Shown: positions 7,731-17,480 of the stretch, piece by piece | Layout of the letters: each line of letters begins with the position of its first letter | Position numbering within the stretch: the stretch's first letter is position 1 | From: a virus | Lineage: Duplodnaviria > Caudoviricetes | Virus record (IMG/VR): IMGVR_UViG_3300017914_001375 | Location: 1 to 45,281 of that record | Direction: 5' to 3' (one strand) | DNA length: 45,281 bases | Position numbers and translations under genes: made by a program | The notes under the pieces: generated by a model | Seen by the model: only the letters and a program-made list of their open reading frames with translations | Databases searched by the model: none | What the model was told of the DNA's origin: nothing

Positions 7731-8794
7731 TCATTACTGATGTCATAGAAGGTAAAAAGCCTAAACATGCCAAAGCATCGGACCCTGTTGCAAAAAAGAT
7801 AAAACCCAACAAAGGGCACGAATCACCACATCCATTAAAAGGTAAACTAGTTGGCGAAGCCGACGAGCCCAAAGATGTTAGTGCAAGAGCTAAACTGGAT
7901 CACAGTTTACGAGCACAAGGTCATAAGGTTGTTCCAGACAAAAAGAAAGAGCTCAAAAAAGGCAAAATAAAACACAAAGGCAAAATCGAAGAATTGCGTG
8001 ATATTAAAATTGATAGCACCGAACATGAGATTGTAGTAAAAGTCGGCGATGATAAAAGTTATACTCTTTTCATAGACGGTAAAAAAATAGGAGAGTACAG
8101 TTCATTTGGACAAGCAAAGAAAGAGATTTCTAAAAAAATAAAAAATGAAAGTGCTTTAGCAGAAGGCCCACTGGTAGTAACCAGAGATTCTGATTTAAAC
8201 AACATGATTGACACTTTCCTTGCCAATTGGAAAAGCAAACAACACACTGATGATGAATATGCAGAATTATTAAAAGCTCTTGGGTACAAATTAGAAAAAG
8301 ACGGACAACGTTCAGTAATAACCAAGGAAGACTTAGACGAAGCAAAGGGAGATATTCGCAGAGCATTGGCTGCAGTTGCAATGATAGCAACACTTTGGGG
8401 TGTGAATAAAAATCTAGCACAAGACGCTTACGATGCAAGTCCTCAATTACAAAAGCTCACAGCATATCTCGAAGTTGCCAAAGAACACAACGATGAACGC
8501 ATGATCAAACAATTGGAAAAGAGAATTAGTGATCACAAAATGCGTTTAGACCTGGGCAAAGGTGATGTTATGGGTGCTGACGGCAATCCAATTGATGTTG
8601 TATACGACAAACAGTCACCTAAAGAATCTATGACAGAAGAACAATTTGACGAAGCAGCAGGTGAAAAGGATGCTTGCTATCACAAAGTCAAAAGCAGATA
8701 CAAAGTATGGCCCAGTGCATACGCAAGTGGTGCACTAGTACAGTGTCGTAAAGTAGGCGCTAAGAATTGGGGCAACAAGTCTAAGAAGAAATAA
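7727..8794 (+). CDS. putative internal head protein, modular, basic C-terminus
   Basis: Repeated hydrophobic-x-E sites. C-terminal DACYHKVKSRYKVWPSAYASGALVQCRK module recalled from T4-like marine phages. Confidence 0.6.
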   Translation: MIITDVIEGKKPKHAKASDPVAKKIKPNKGHESPHPLKGKLVGEADEPKDVSARAKLDHSLRAQGHKVVPDKKKELKKGKIKHKGKIEELRDIKIDSTEHEIVVKVGDDKSYTLFIDGKKIGEYSSFGQAKKEISKKIKNESALAEGPLVVTRDSDLNNMIDTFLANWKSKQHTDDEYAELLKALGYKLEKDGQRSVITKEDLDEAKGDIRRALAAVAMIATLWGVNKNLAQDAYDASPQLQKLTAYLEVAKEHNDERMIKQLEKRISDHKMRLDLGKGDVMGADGNPIDVVYDKQSPKESMTEEQFDEAAGEKDACYHKVKSRYKVWPSAYASGALVQCRKVGAKNWGNKSKKK

Positions 8795-9501
8795 TGTTTA
8801 TTTCAGAAATCACAGAAGGAACACGTTGCTGGAAAGGCTATGAAAAGAAGGGCATGAAAACCATGTTCGGAAAACGTGTGCCTAATTGTGTAAAGAATGA
8901 AGGTAGAGGTTCAAAAGCACTCATGCCCGGCGGCAAATTAATTGTCGGTAAAGGGGAAGTTGCATTTCATGATGACTACGGCTGGATGGCTAGAGGTTGG
9001 ATGGATGATGATTTTTCATATTTCGATTCAGAAAGAGAAGCAAGAGATTTTGTCGAGAAAGAATATAAACTTCGTAAAGAAATAAGAAACAAAGTTGCTA
9101 ATGATGATAGTGAATCAGAATGGGAACGCAGAGCTAGACATTTCAAAAACGAGCCACGTCAAAGTCCATGGATGACTGATGACGAGGAAGATGCAAAGTT
9201 TGATGTTGAAGAAGATTTAAAAGCATGGTTTGGCAAAGGCAAGAAAGGTGGAGCCGGAGGTGGCGGCTGGGACCGTTACAACAGCAAAGGTGAAAGAATT
9301 GGTAAGTGTGGTGACAGCAAGCCAGGTGAAGGCAAACCCAAGTGTTTGAGCAAAAGTGCCGCCGCTAAACTACGCAATGCAGACAAGAACAAAGACGGTA
9401 AAAAAGACGGCAAGGCAGGCATTGCTAGAGCGGTAAAACGTAAAAAGGCAAACGACCCAAATAAAAATAGACGCGGTAAAGCCAAGAACGTCAAAAACTA
9501 A
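8794..9501 (+). CDS. putative internal head protein, Lys/Gly-rich
   Basis: ITE|G followed by a CWKGY...VPNCVK module and a highly basic C-terminus. Confidence 0.6.
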   Translation: MFISEITEGTRCWKGYEKKGMKTMFGKRVPNCVKNEGRGSKALMPGGKLIVGKGEVAFHDDYGWMARGWMDDDFSYFDSEREARDFVEKEYKLRKEIRNKVANDDSESEWERRARHFKNEPRQSPWMTDDEEDAKFDVEEDLKAWFGKGKKGGAGGGGWDRYNSKGERIGKCGDSKPGEGKPKCLSKSAAAKLRNADKNKDGKKDGKAGIARAVKRKKANDPNKNRRGKAKNVKN

Positions 9502-9519
9502 TCATATACCACAAACTCC

Positions 9520-9527
9520 TATAAATA
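9520..9527 (+). promoter_or_regulatory. T4 consensus late promoter
   Basis: Exact TATAAATA. Confidence 0.75.
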
Positions 9528-9554
9528 CTACTATAATTACACGGAGGTTTCATT

Positions 9555-9833
9555 ATGTGGGAAACAATACAAGCAATGGCCGGAGATAGACTCTGGATAT
9601 ACACAGCAATTGCTGGCTCTTTGCTAAGTGCTGGATTTTTATTCTGGTTTAAAGACACGAGACTAGCAACATGGGCGGTTCAAAAGTTTGATGCTACATT
9701 AGAATATCTTGCAGTACGTTGGGGTTGGACTTGGTTCCAGAATGACCCAGATGCGTGGCGTGTAAAGTATCCTAAGATAACAACAAAAATTGACGAGCTC
9801 GAAGAAAGAATCAAACAACTAGAAAACAAATGA
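9555..9833 (+). CDS. membrane-anchored protein with coiled-coil C-terminus
   Basis: GGAGG RBS, one TM segment, KIDELEERIKQLE. Confidence 0.75.
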   Translation: MWETIQAMAGDRLWIYTAIAGSLLSAGFLFWFKDTRLATWAVQKFDATLEYLAVRWGWTWFQNDPDAWRVKYPKITTKIDELEERIKQLENK

Positions 9834-10309
9834 TAGTGCATCGTTCACTAATAGACTCTACTAAATGCAGAGAAATATTAGAACAACTGCCGGCAATTAA
9901 CAAACCACAAACAGTAAAAGAATCTATAACTGAGATTGGTGTTTGGCACTCTAATAACATTACATCTCAGAGATTTACACTTAATCCACTCAAAGACATC
10001 AGTAATATGGTGTTAGACTGTGTCACTGCATATTCTGCAAACAAAGATCTCAAAGTCAACAGAATGTATGTTACTAAATACTTTAAAGGAGATGATTGTA
10101 AAACTCACAGTGATAAATCTCTGTGGACAGCAATTATTTTATTAGAAGATGGTTTTACAGGCGGTAGATTTTTTTTAGAGAATCGCCCTGTAAAACTTAA
10201 TAAAGGTGATTGTGTAATTTTTGAAGGCACCAAATTGCACAGCGTTGAAACAATAACACAGGGTACTAGATCAGCACTTAACGTTTGGGTACAAAATCAT
10301 GAATTTTAA
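9830..10309 (+). CDS. 2OG-Fe(II) oxygenase (prolyl-4-hydroxylase-like)
   Basis: HSD...FTGG...LHSV..I..G.R.AL. Confidence 0.85.
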   Translation: MIVHRSLIDSTKCREILEQLPAINKPQTVKESITEIGVWHSNNITSQRFTLNPLKDISNMVLDCVTAYSANKDLKVNRMYVTKYFKGDDCKTHSDKSLWTAIILLEDGFTGGRFFLENRPVKLNKGDCVIFEGTKLHSVETITQGTRSALNVWVQNHEF

Positions 10310-10886
10310 AGAACATCCTAAATTTACACAGCAGTGGGCACTTAACTCAGTTAGAGTGCACCCACTATACAAACTGGATAAAAAGGTATTTTGGCCTAAC
10401 AGAGCAGAGATGGTCAAAGAAGCACAGTCTGTGAGGACTAAGTTAGAAGAATATGATCCTACAGAAACAGCCAGAATAAAAATTCACAAAATGGGAGATG
10501 ATACACCATTGCTCACACAAATGTGGGAAGGCTTCACTGAATTATACGGAGATCACGGAGATGCCACTGTTACATATTTTTATATAGATGCAGAAATGGG
10601 AGATTATGGCTGGCATGTGGATTCCAAAATCAGCAGTGACATGACATCTAAGAAACCTATTTTGTGTGCTATGAATTTAGTCATCACAGATGAAAATATA
10701 CCTGCTGAGTTTTGGGGATTAGGTGAATCTCATTATGTTGCTGCTATGTTTAACACATCGCATGTGCACAGAGTAAACACACATGGCGAAAATAGAATAC
10801 TTGCAAGGATTACATTCAGAGAAAGTATATACGAAGAAATAGTTCACAGAATTAAAAAAATACACAAGAGAATGGCAAGTGGATAA
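10299..10886 (+). CDS. 2OG-Fe(II) oxygenase-like protein
   Basis: WHVD...NTSHVHRV...R. Confidence 0.65.
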   Translation: MNFKEHPKFTQQWALNSVRVHPLYKLDKKVFWPNRAEMVKEAQSVRTKLEEYDPTETARIKIHKMGDDTPLLTQMWEGFTELYGDHGDATVTYFYIDAEMGDYGWHVDSKISSDMTSKKPILCAMNLVITDENIPAEFWGLGESHYVAAMFNTSHVHRVNTHGENRILARITFRESIYEEIVHRIKKIHKRMASG

Positions 10887-11487
10887 ATCTCAGCAACGCA
10901 TAAAAGATAATCCACATGTTAACCGCTTGGTCAGAGGACCTAAGTATTTACAGATACCGTTTTATGAACTAACACATCAATTTTGGCCGGATAGGAAATT
11001 GCTTAGAGAAGAAGCGGAACAGGTGAGGCTTACTGGTAATAAAGGTTTTACTTTTCCTATAATTGATAGAGAATGTGGTAAGTGTGTGTTAGAATTTCAA
11101 TTTTCCGATGAAGGCACACCTGTGCTTAATGAATATCTCAACAATTTTTTAACCAGATATGGCGATCTTGGCAAAGTGCGAGCTCACTATTTTTACATAG
11201 ATGAAAATATGAATTATATGTGGCATATTGACAATATACCCTCTATTGGTGCTCAAAACGCTCAAAAATTTGTTGTGCAATGCTGTATTAATGTTGTGAT
11301 CACGGATGATGAATCAGAATGCGAATTTTCAGGCTTTGGAATGTATAAATATAAAGCAGGTGTGTTAAACACATCTCACCTACATCGTGTTACTCCTAAG
11401 AGTAACAGGATATTAGCAAGAATCTCATTCTTGGACAGTATATATGAAGAAGTTGTTCATAGAATAAGAAAAATAGACGGAGAATAA
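10879..11487 (+). CDS. 2OG-Fe(II) oxygenase-like protein (paralog of 10299..10886)
   Basis: WHID...NTSHLHRV, with shared RILARI.F..SIYEE.VHRI. Confidence 0.65.
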   Translation: MDKSQQRIKDNPHVNRLVRGPKYLQIPFYELTHQFWPDRKLLREEAEQVRLTGNKGFTFPIIDRECGKCVLEFQFSDEGTPVLNEYLNNFLTRYGDLGKVRAHYFYIDENMNYMWHIDNIPSIGAQNAQKFVVQCCINVVITDDESECEFSGFGMYKYKAGVLNTSHLHRVTPKSNRILARISFLDSIYEEVVHRIRKIDGE

Positions 11488-11489
11488 TT

Positions 11490-11654
11490 ATGATAGATTG
11501 GATTAAAGGAAGACTCAAAGAAAGAACAAGTTGGGACGGTGGTGTTATCATTGCTGGTTCACTTGCAATTATTTTGTTTGGTGGCATTGTTAAATTGGCT
11601 GCATGGGCTGGCTTAGCATATGGCATTTGGGCAGTCGTAACTAAAGAAGGCTAA
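11490..11654 (+). CDS. 54-aa membrane protein (holin-like topology)
   Basis: Not in the ORF track. GGAG RBS, MIDWIKGRLKERTSWDGGVIIAGSLAIILFGG... Confidence 0.75.
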   Translation: MIDWIKGRLKERTSWDGGVIIAGSLAIILFGGIVKLAAWAGLAYGIWAVVTKEG

Positions 11655-11684
11655 ACCCTTCCCAATCACATCAGAATACACATA

Positions 11685-11713
11685 GGACGGCTCCAGGAAG
11701 GGGCCGTCTTTTT
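11685..11713 (+). terminator. Rho-independent terminator
   Basis: GACGGCTCC-AGGAA-GGGGCCGTC-TTTTT. Confidence 0.85.
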
Positions 11714-11728
11714 AACACAGGAGCAAGG

Positions 11729-11935
11729 ATGCCAGTAAAATTTAAACCCTCTCAAACTCTTTTGGTGAAAGGCAAAGGAAAACAAACCACACACTATTAC
11801 ATAAAAACAACTCCCAAAGAAGAGTTGATTGATTATATCAACAAAGGTCAAAAACCTAAAGTAAAACAAAAATGTAAAAACGAACTTGCACGTCGAGGCG
11901 TAAAATTAGTATGGGTTGATAAAACAGAAGAATAG
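11729..11935 (+). CDS. small basic hypothetical protein
   Basis: AGGAG RBS, Lys-rich 68 aa. Confidence 0.75.
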   Translation: MPVKFKPSQTLLVKGKGKQTTHYYIKTTPKEELIDYINKGQKPKVKQKCKNELARRGVKLVWVDKTEE

Positions 11936-11936
11936 A

Positions 11937-11942
11937 TAAATA
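11937..11942 (+). promoter_or_regulatory. late promoter 5 nt before ATG (leaderless)
   Basis: TAAATA-GTTGT-ATG. Confidence 0.7.
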
Positions 11943-11947
11943 GTTGT

Positions 11948-13444
11948 ATGAAACTATCAAATTTTTTTATCACAGAAAGTTATTACGGGGATGATCCAAA
12001 AGCGGATCCTAAGATCGTAGCAAAGTTTGCCGATGTTTCACCATCGCAACGTTCTTATTACATCATGAAGTGGGCTGAAGAAAAAGGCATTGACAGCGAT
12101 GATGCAATGTTCCTAGCAGGTTATGTACAAGATGGTTACATAGGTGCTGGTGCTTGGAATTGGCGTTATGTTGGTTTAGATGAAAACATTCAAGAAGATG
12201 ATGGCGTCAATGACAGCGGCATAATTGGTGAGCCTGATACTTACTACGACGAAGAAGAACGTAAACAAGCATACAATGATTTACAAGATGCACTAGATCA
12301 GTGTAACAGTCGTGAGTACGAATATGTTAAGGACGGCATTTGTCCAGAGTGTGGCGGCAGTTCATACATGGACGGCGACTATGAAGGTGAAGAAGATAGT
12401 TGTTACGGTTGGGGTAGTTTTGGTTGTGATGAAGGTGAATTAGAAGGTGCTACATGGAAAGAAATTATGGATCATGACAAACGCCAAGCAGAACGTCAAG
12501 CATTAAAAGATAAACCACAGCCAAAAGACGAAGACTTGTTAAAAGTTATGGATAGACTGCATACGGATTACGTTAAAACAGGAAGAGTCAATGCATTTGA
12601 ACTTCCTAGTTTACTTAGACAAATGTATCCAGAAGTCAGCAAACCAAAATCAAGAGAAATTGGTGCTAAGTTTTTAAAATCGTTTAGTGAGTCAATGGTA
12701 GAAGGTAACGAGGATGGCGAGGCAATGGTTGCTAAAATGCTTTCTAAAGCATTAGGTGATGACAATCGCTGGACTGAAATGAGTGCCGCTGAACTTTATG
12801 CTGAACTAGAAAGTGTTGAGCCTAAAAAAGCAGATATGATTGCACTAGTAGCAAAAATGCTTTATGACGTAAAATTACAAGAAAGAGCATTCAAGGACAT
12901 GGGTGTTGCTGATGTTGTTACAGACAGAAGAGGCAAAGAATTTAAGTTTGACAAGGACAGCAAACAGTTTAAATCAGTGGATGGCGAAGTTGCAAGTAAA
13001 GATACCAAATTAGGTAAAGATTTGATGAGAATCAGAAAGAACCAAATGAAAAAATCCACACCTAGTTATAATAAAAAGAGAGTTGAAATAGTTGCAAACG
13101 AAGAAACATACGATTGCGATGATGCATTTTTCGAAGACTATGGATACTTAGGTTATAGCATAGATGAGAATGATGTATTCGAAGCAGAGTACAGAGGACG
13201 TAAGGTCAAGTTAAACAAGCCTATGCAAGGCGACGTTAAAAAGTTCAAAGTGTATGTTAAAGATCCAAAAACCGGTAATGTTAAAAAAGTAAACTTTGGA
13301 CATGGTGGTAGCAGTGTTAAAGGTAAAGCAATGAAGATTCGTAAAAACAATCCTAAGGCTCGTAAGAGCTTCCGTGCTAGACACAACTGCGATAATCCAG
13401 GGCCAAAGACAAAGGCACGTTACTGGTCTTGCCGTAAATGGTAA
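11948..13444 (+). CDS. putative modular internal head polyprotein
   Basis: Many x-x-E junctions, acidic Cys module (CPECGG), basic C-terminal RKSFRARHNC...YWSCRKW module. Confidence 0.6.
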   Translation: MKLSNFFITESYYGDDPKADPKIVAKFADVSPSQRSYYIMKWAEEKGIDSDDAMFLAGYVQDGYIGAGAWNWRYVGLDENIQEDDGVNDSGIIGEPDTYYDEEERKQAYNDLQDALDQCNSREYEYVKDGICPECGGSSYMDGDYEGEEDSCYGWGSFGCDEGELEGATWKEIMDHDKRQAERQALKDKPQPKDEDLLKVMDRLHTDYVKTGRVNAFELPSLLRQMYPEVSKPKSREIGAKFLKSFSESMVEGNEDGEAMVAKMLSKALGDDNRWTEMSAAELYAELESVEPKKADMIALVAKMLYDVKLQERAFKDMGVADVVTDRRGKEFKFDKDSKQFKSVDGEVASKDTKLGKDLMRIRKNQMKKSTPSYNKKRVEIVANEETYDCDDAFFEDYGYLGYSIDENDVFEAEYRGRKVKLNKPMQGDVKKFKVYVKDPKTGNVKKVNFGHGGSSVKGKAMKIRKNNPKARKSFRARHNCDNPGPKTKARYWSCRKW

Positions 13445-14077
13445 ATGCAATTAAAAAGAACTAGTCACAAATTAAATCCACGCTCTACCTGGGGGACTGC
13501 CGTAGACATAGGTTTTGTTCCTCACGCACATCATTTAGCAAACTTTGATCAAAACGGTTACGATCTCACCCCACTAGAAAAAATGTATGCAGATGCTAAT
13601 AACGGGTATGTTGCAAATACACGTTGGAGGGAAAGTTTAAAGCAACCTTGGTACGTGGACAGTGATAACAGTACTGGCGGCGTACATCTTAACCATGCGG
13701 ATTTATACGAACGCAAAGGTTACCACGGTTACGCACTAGAACAGCTCATGGCACATGCTGAAGGTTTACCACTTATACACAAAGTAACACAAATGCGTCC
13801 TAAATGGGGTATAGATATCAGCATAGACTATGTGAAATATCCTGATGTGTTTGAAGTGTTTCATTTTGAGTGGGACGATTTTGATTATGACGTTGTTGCA
13901 GAAAAGCAGTTAGAAATAGAAAAAGTTATTGAGAACACTGACTTCGAAGATGCAGCACAACAACTCATCAAACGCAAAGACGAATGGCATCATTTAGACT
14001 TCTTTGCACAAAGTAAATGGAAATCAAATTACTTTGGTGTTAGCGAAGAGCAGTTCAAAATGGTTGCTTGGCGTTAG
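13445..14077 (+). CDS. conserved hypothetical protein (paralog A)
   Basis: FDQNGYDL, RPKWG and DEW motifs shared with the next gene. Confidence 0.75.
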   Translation: MQLKRTSHKLNPRSTWGTAVDIGFVPHAHHLANFDQNGYDLTPLEKMYADANNGYVANTRWRESLKQPWYVDSDNSTGGVHLNHADLYERKGYHGYALEQLMAHAEGLPLIHKVTQMRPKWGIDISIDYVKYPDVFEVFHFEWDDFDYDVVAEKQLEIEKVIENTDFEDAAQQLIKRKDEWHHLDFFAQSKWKSNYFGVSEEQFKMVAWR

Positions 14078-14098
14078 TACCTCCCGGTAAATACAAAT

Positions 14099-14737
14099 AT
14101 GTTTGAACTACCACATTTTATACATCCTTCTGATCTAGTTTGTGTCGAAACACCAAATGATACTCTAGATCACAGAGACTTTCAGCATTTTGACAATCAC
14201 GGCTTTAGACTGAATGCTGCAGAAGAAGCATTTTATAGAGCTAATGCATTTCATATTGATGCAGGTTTCGAAAACAGCACCTTGTGGGGCACTAACTGGA
14301 TTGTACAAGACGGTAGTCCAAGTTGGGACAATTTTATACTTGGACATTGCTATACTAGTTACAGATGCAACTACAGAGGTAAAGCATATGATCATATACT
14401 GGGTTATGCTGAACATCTTCCACCAGCAAGAACGTTGTTGAACATCAGGCCAAAATGGGGATTACATTTTAGTTTGTTTGCACTGCAAGAAAACAATACT
14501 GTGTTTGAAGTAGTAAAAATTAGATATGACTCAAATATCTATAGTCAATTTAATGAGGTTCGTAAACGCATAGAAGAACAAATTCTAAGTTTGGATTGGA
14601 ATAAACAAGCAGATATTATATGGAAACATTCTGACGAATGGAAGATGTTACCAGGTAACGAATCTTTGGATTGGAAAGCAAAGAAAATTTTTGATTGGGA
14701 CAAAGCAGAATACATAAAAACAGCATTTAAGATATGA
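14099..14737 (+). CDS. conserved hypothetical protein (paralog B)
   Basis: FDNHGFRL and RPKWG. Preceded by TAAATA-5 nt-ATG. Confidence 0.75.
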   Translation: MFELPHFIHPSDLVCVETPNDTLDHRDFQHFDNHGFRLNAAEEAFYRANAFHIDAGFENSTLWGTNWIVQDGSPSWDNFILGHCYTSYRCNYRGKAYDHILGYAEHLPPARTLLNIRPKWGLHFSLFALQENNTVFEVVKIRYDSNIYSQFNEVRKRIEEQILSLDWNKQADIIWKHSDEWKMLPGNESLDWKAKKIFDWDKAEYIKTAFKI

Positions 14738-15285
14738 AAACATTGTCTAGTAACATAAGGTTAGATCAACTAGAAAAAGAGGTAGTTGATTTTCTTGGAA
14801 GTCATTCTTTTTGGGACGAAAGACAAATATCATTACAAAGTGTAACAGGTAACAATGATTGGTTTTGTTCCGTTGGTAAAATACATTCCTTAGATTACAG
14901 AGAAAAAGCATATTCTGTATTAAATAAAGATCTCAACGGCACATACATAGCAGAACTAATCAATGAGGAGTACAAAGAATATTATCGATGGAGAATGCTG
15001 TTGATACCTCCTCACCAACATTACAGTGTGCATTCTGATTTGTTACATAATCCTGCAACAGGCAACACCAAAGAAAACAGAAGAATACACATTCCTGTAA
15101 TATCAAATCCTGATGCATTTTTTTGTTACTTTGATGACAAGCCTTCAGACGGAACAAAAACAACAGTGGAGTATTACAATCTCCAACCAGGAAAAGTATA
15201 TGAAGTAAATACTTCTAGACTGCATTCTGCTGTTAACTACGGAGATAAAACTAGAATACACTTAGTTGGTGTTCGTTACGAATAG
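14734..15285 (+). CDS. aspartyl/asparaginyl beta-hydroxylase-like 2OG-Fe(II) oxygenase
   Basis: HSD...RIHIP...HSAVNYG...RIHLV. Confidence 0.8.
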   Translation: MKTLSSNIRLDQLEKEVVDFLGSHSFWDERQISLQSVTGNNDWFCSVGKIHSLDYREKAYSVLNKDLNGTYIAELINEEYKEYYRWRMLLIPPHQHYSVHSDLLHNPATGNTKENRRIHIPVISNPDAFFCYFDDKPSDGTKTTVEYYNLQPGKVYEVNTSRLHSAVNYGDKTRIHLVGVRYE

Positions 15286-15299
15286 TGATAAATAGTACT

Positions 15300-17480
15300 A
15301 TGAAAAAGGTAATCATTTATCCAGGTAGATTCCAGCCAATGCTTTCGCACCACGCAGAAGTTTACAAGCAACTGCAATCTCAATTTTCAGATGCTGATGT
15401 TTACATTGGTACCTCTGACAAAGTAGAAGGCGAAAAGAGTCCTTTTAATTTCAAAGAAAAGCAACAAATAGCACAAGCACACGGTATAGATCCTAGCAAA
15501 GTACTGTTAGCAAAACGTCCATATCACAAAGATGACTATCCATTTGACGAGGATAACACAGTTATTATATTTGCTGTTGGTGAAAAAGATTTAGATAGAT
15601 TCCCGTTTAACAATGTTGATTCTAAAACAGGATTAGACATGACTGTGCGTGGAGAGCCTAAACCTAAGTACTACCAGAAGATAAATACATATAGAACAGA
15701 TCCAAAGCCAATGGCTGAGAGAGGATATATCACACTTGCTCCTACTGTTAAAACAGGAGACGAAGTAGCAAGTGCTAGTGCATTCAGAAAAGCATTTAAA
15801 GATGCACCTGATAGTACTGGTGCAAAAGAAATATTCTTAAAGCAATTTGGTGAGTACGATCAAAAAGTTTTTGATTTATTATACAATAAAATAAAGGGTA
15901 CAGAGATGAGCGAGCAACTCAACATATTAAGAAAATTAGCAGGCATGGAACCCATCGCTGAAGCACCTGTGCAAATGCCAGACTTCGATAAAGGTGAACG
16001 TCCAAAGAATGCCAAGGAACGTGAAGCGTATAGAAAATGGATGAAATCACAATCAGCAAAAGCAAAAGCAGATGATGATTCACCAGTAGCAATTTCGCCA
16101 AAAGATAAAAAAGCAGCCGCTGAGCGTCCTGCTAAAGCTGCAGCCGCAGACCCAATGGCAGTGGGATTCACCAAAATTAAACCAGAAGACATGGTAGACG
16201 CAAGATCAGGGAAGCCAATTCCTAGCAAGCAAAGACAAAGAAGTATTGCTAATCAGTTTCCTGCAGATGCAGACATTAATGATCCAGCAGTTAAAAAAGA
16301 AGTATTCTTAAAAGTTACTGCAAAAAGACCAGATCTAATGTTTGGCGAAATCAATGCTCGCTTAGCCAACGATGACGAAGGTCTTGCTGCAAGTGATAGA
16401 TTAAGTCCTATTGTCAGAGAACTAGAAGACAGCAGAAACTTGATGTCACTAGATGCAGAAGATAGGAAGTTTGCACTTAGACTTTTACAAAACGCAATAG
16501 ACAACATGGAAATGGTTCGTGCAACAGACATTGACAAAGCAATTGACGTAGAACCAATGCAACTAGATGTTGACGACGACAATGAACCAGAAATTGGTGA
16601 TGATGAAATAGCACCTGTACTAGATATGGAAGATGAGCCAGTACGTGACAGTGTTAATTTTGACGACATTCGTGCAGAGTATGACATCAAAGAAGAAGAA
16701 GCAGACGAAGAATCTGTAACTAAAGTTGTACCAGTTAACAAGCCAGTACAACTAGCAGGTGATAGCATTTGGGATAGAGATGGCGAAAATCCTTCATCTA
16801 TTAATGTAAAAGAAATCACAGTTTCTGCAATTGATCCAGAAGACAATCACTATTCAGTTTCTGTTTCACACGATGGTCCATGGACAATCTACACTGACAG
16901 TGGCTTCGAAGAAGAAATCAGTGACATGTTAGGCTTTGGAGTTACATTTTCAGAGCAAGGTATGCAAGAAGATGGCGAAGCACACATGGATGTGGATGTT
17001 GATTTAACTCCAGATCAGTTTGCAAAAATCAAAACAGAATCAATAGAAGAAGGTGATGGCACAGAACATCATTGTCAAAAGTGCGAAGGCAACGGATGTG
17101 ATGAATGTGATGACACAGGCATTGCAAAAGAGTATCAAGATGAAAGTGCTCCATTTGGTGAACCAAGCCAGCAAGATATGATGGCAGACAAATTAAGTGA
17201 TGCATATCAGCAGGGCGGCGAAGAAGGACTCTGTAAAGCCGCTGGTTGCACTATGCAAGAACTAGATAACGAAATTAACGAAATCTGTCGTGAAAAGGGT
17301 TTACACCCAGACGATGACAGAGACGAATGTATTCAGTTATACATTGAAGAATTAGTGGATAACGCAGACTACAAAGACCACGGTGAATACGAAAGTGTTG
17401 AACATGCAATAGAAGAAACAGCAGACAATGCATTAGAATCAGCAATGGTAGAGTTGCGTAAATTAGCAGGTATTAACTAA
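15300..17480 (+). CDS. cytidylyltransferase-like (HxGH family) domain fused to a long acidic modular region
   Basis: IIYPGRFQP, SPFNF.EK, SAS..R, two LRKLAG motifs, CxxCxGxGCxxC. Start set at 15300 after TAAATA. Confidence 0.65.
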   Translation: MKKVIIYPGRFQPMLSHHAEVYKQLQSQFSDADVYIGTSDKVEGEKSPFNFKEKQQIAQAHGIDPSKVLLAKRPYHKDDYPFDEDNTVIIFAVGEKDLDRFPFNNVDSKTGLDMTVRGEPKPKYYQKINTYRTDPKPMAERGYITLAPTVKTGDEVASASAFRKAFKDAPDSTGAKEIFLKQFGEYDQKVFDLLYNKIKGTEMSEQLNILRKLAGMEPIAEAPVQMPDFDKGERPKNAKEREAYRKWMKSQSAKAKADDDSPVAISPKDKKAAAERPAKAAAADPMAVGFTKIKPEDMVDARSGKPIPSKQRQRSIANQFPADADINDPAVKKEVFLKVTAKRPDLMFGEINARLANDDEGLAASDRLSPIVRELEDSRNLMSLDAEDRKFALRLLQNAIDNMEMVRATDIDKAIDVEPMQLDVDDDNEPEIGDDEIAPVLDMEDEPVRDSVNFDDIRAEYDIKEEEADEESVTKVVPVNKPVQLAGDSIWDRDGENPSSINVKEITVSAIDPEDNHYSVSVSHDGPWTIYTDSGFEEEISDMLGFGVTFSEQGMQEDGEAHMDVDVDLTPDQFAKIKTESIEEGDGTEHHCQKCEGNGCDECDDTGIAKEYQDESAPFGEPSQQDMMADKLSDAYQQGGEEGLCKAAGCTMQELDNEINEICREKGLHPDDDRDECIQLYIEELVDNADYKDHGEYESVEHAIEETADNALESAMVELRKLAGIN

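Noticed and set aside
15860-16846. Long antisense ORFs (also 8059-8438, 21570-22106, 44236-45276 and others)
   Set aside because: These are shadows of well-supported genes on the opposite strand, with no RBS or motifs.
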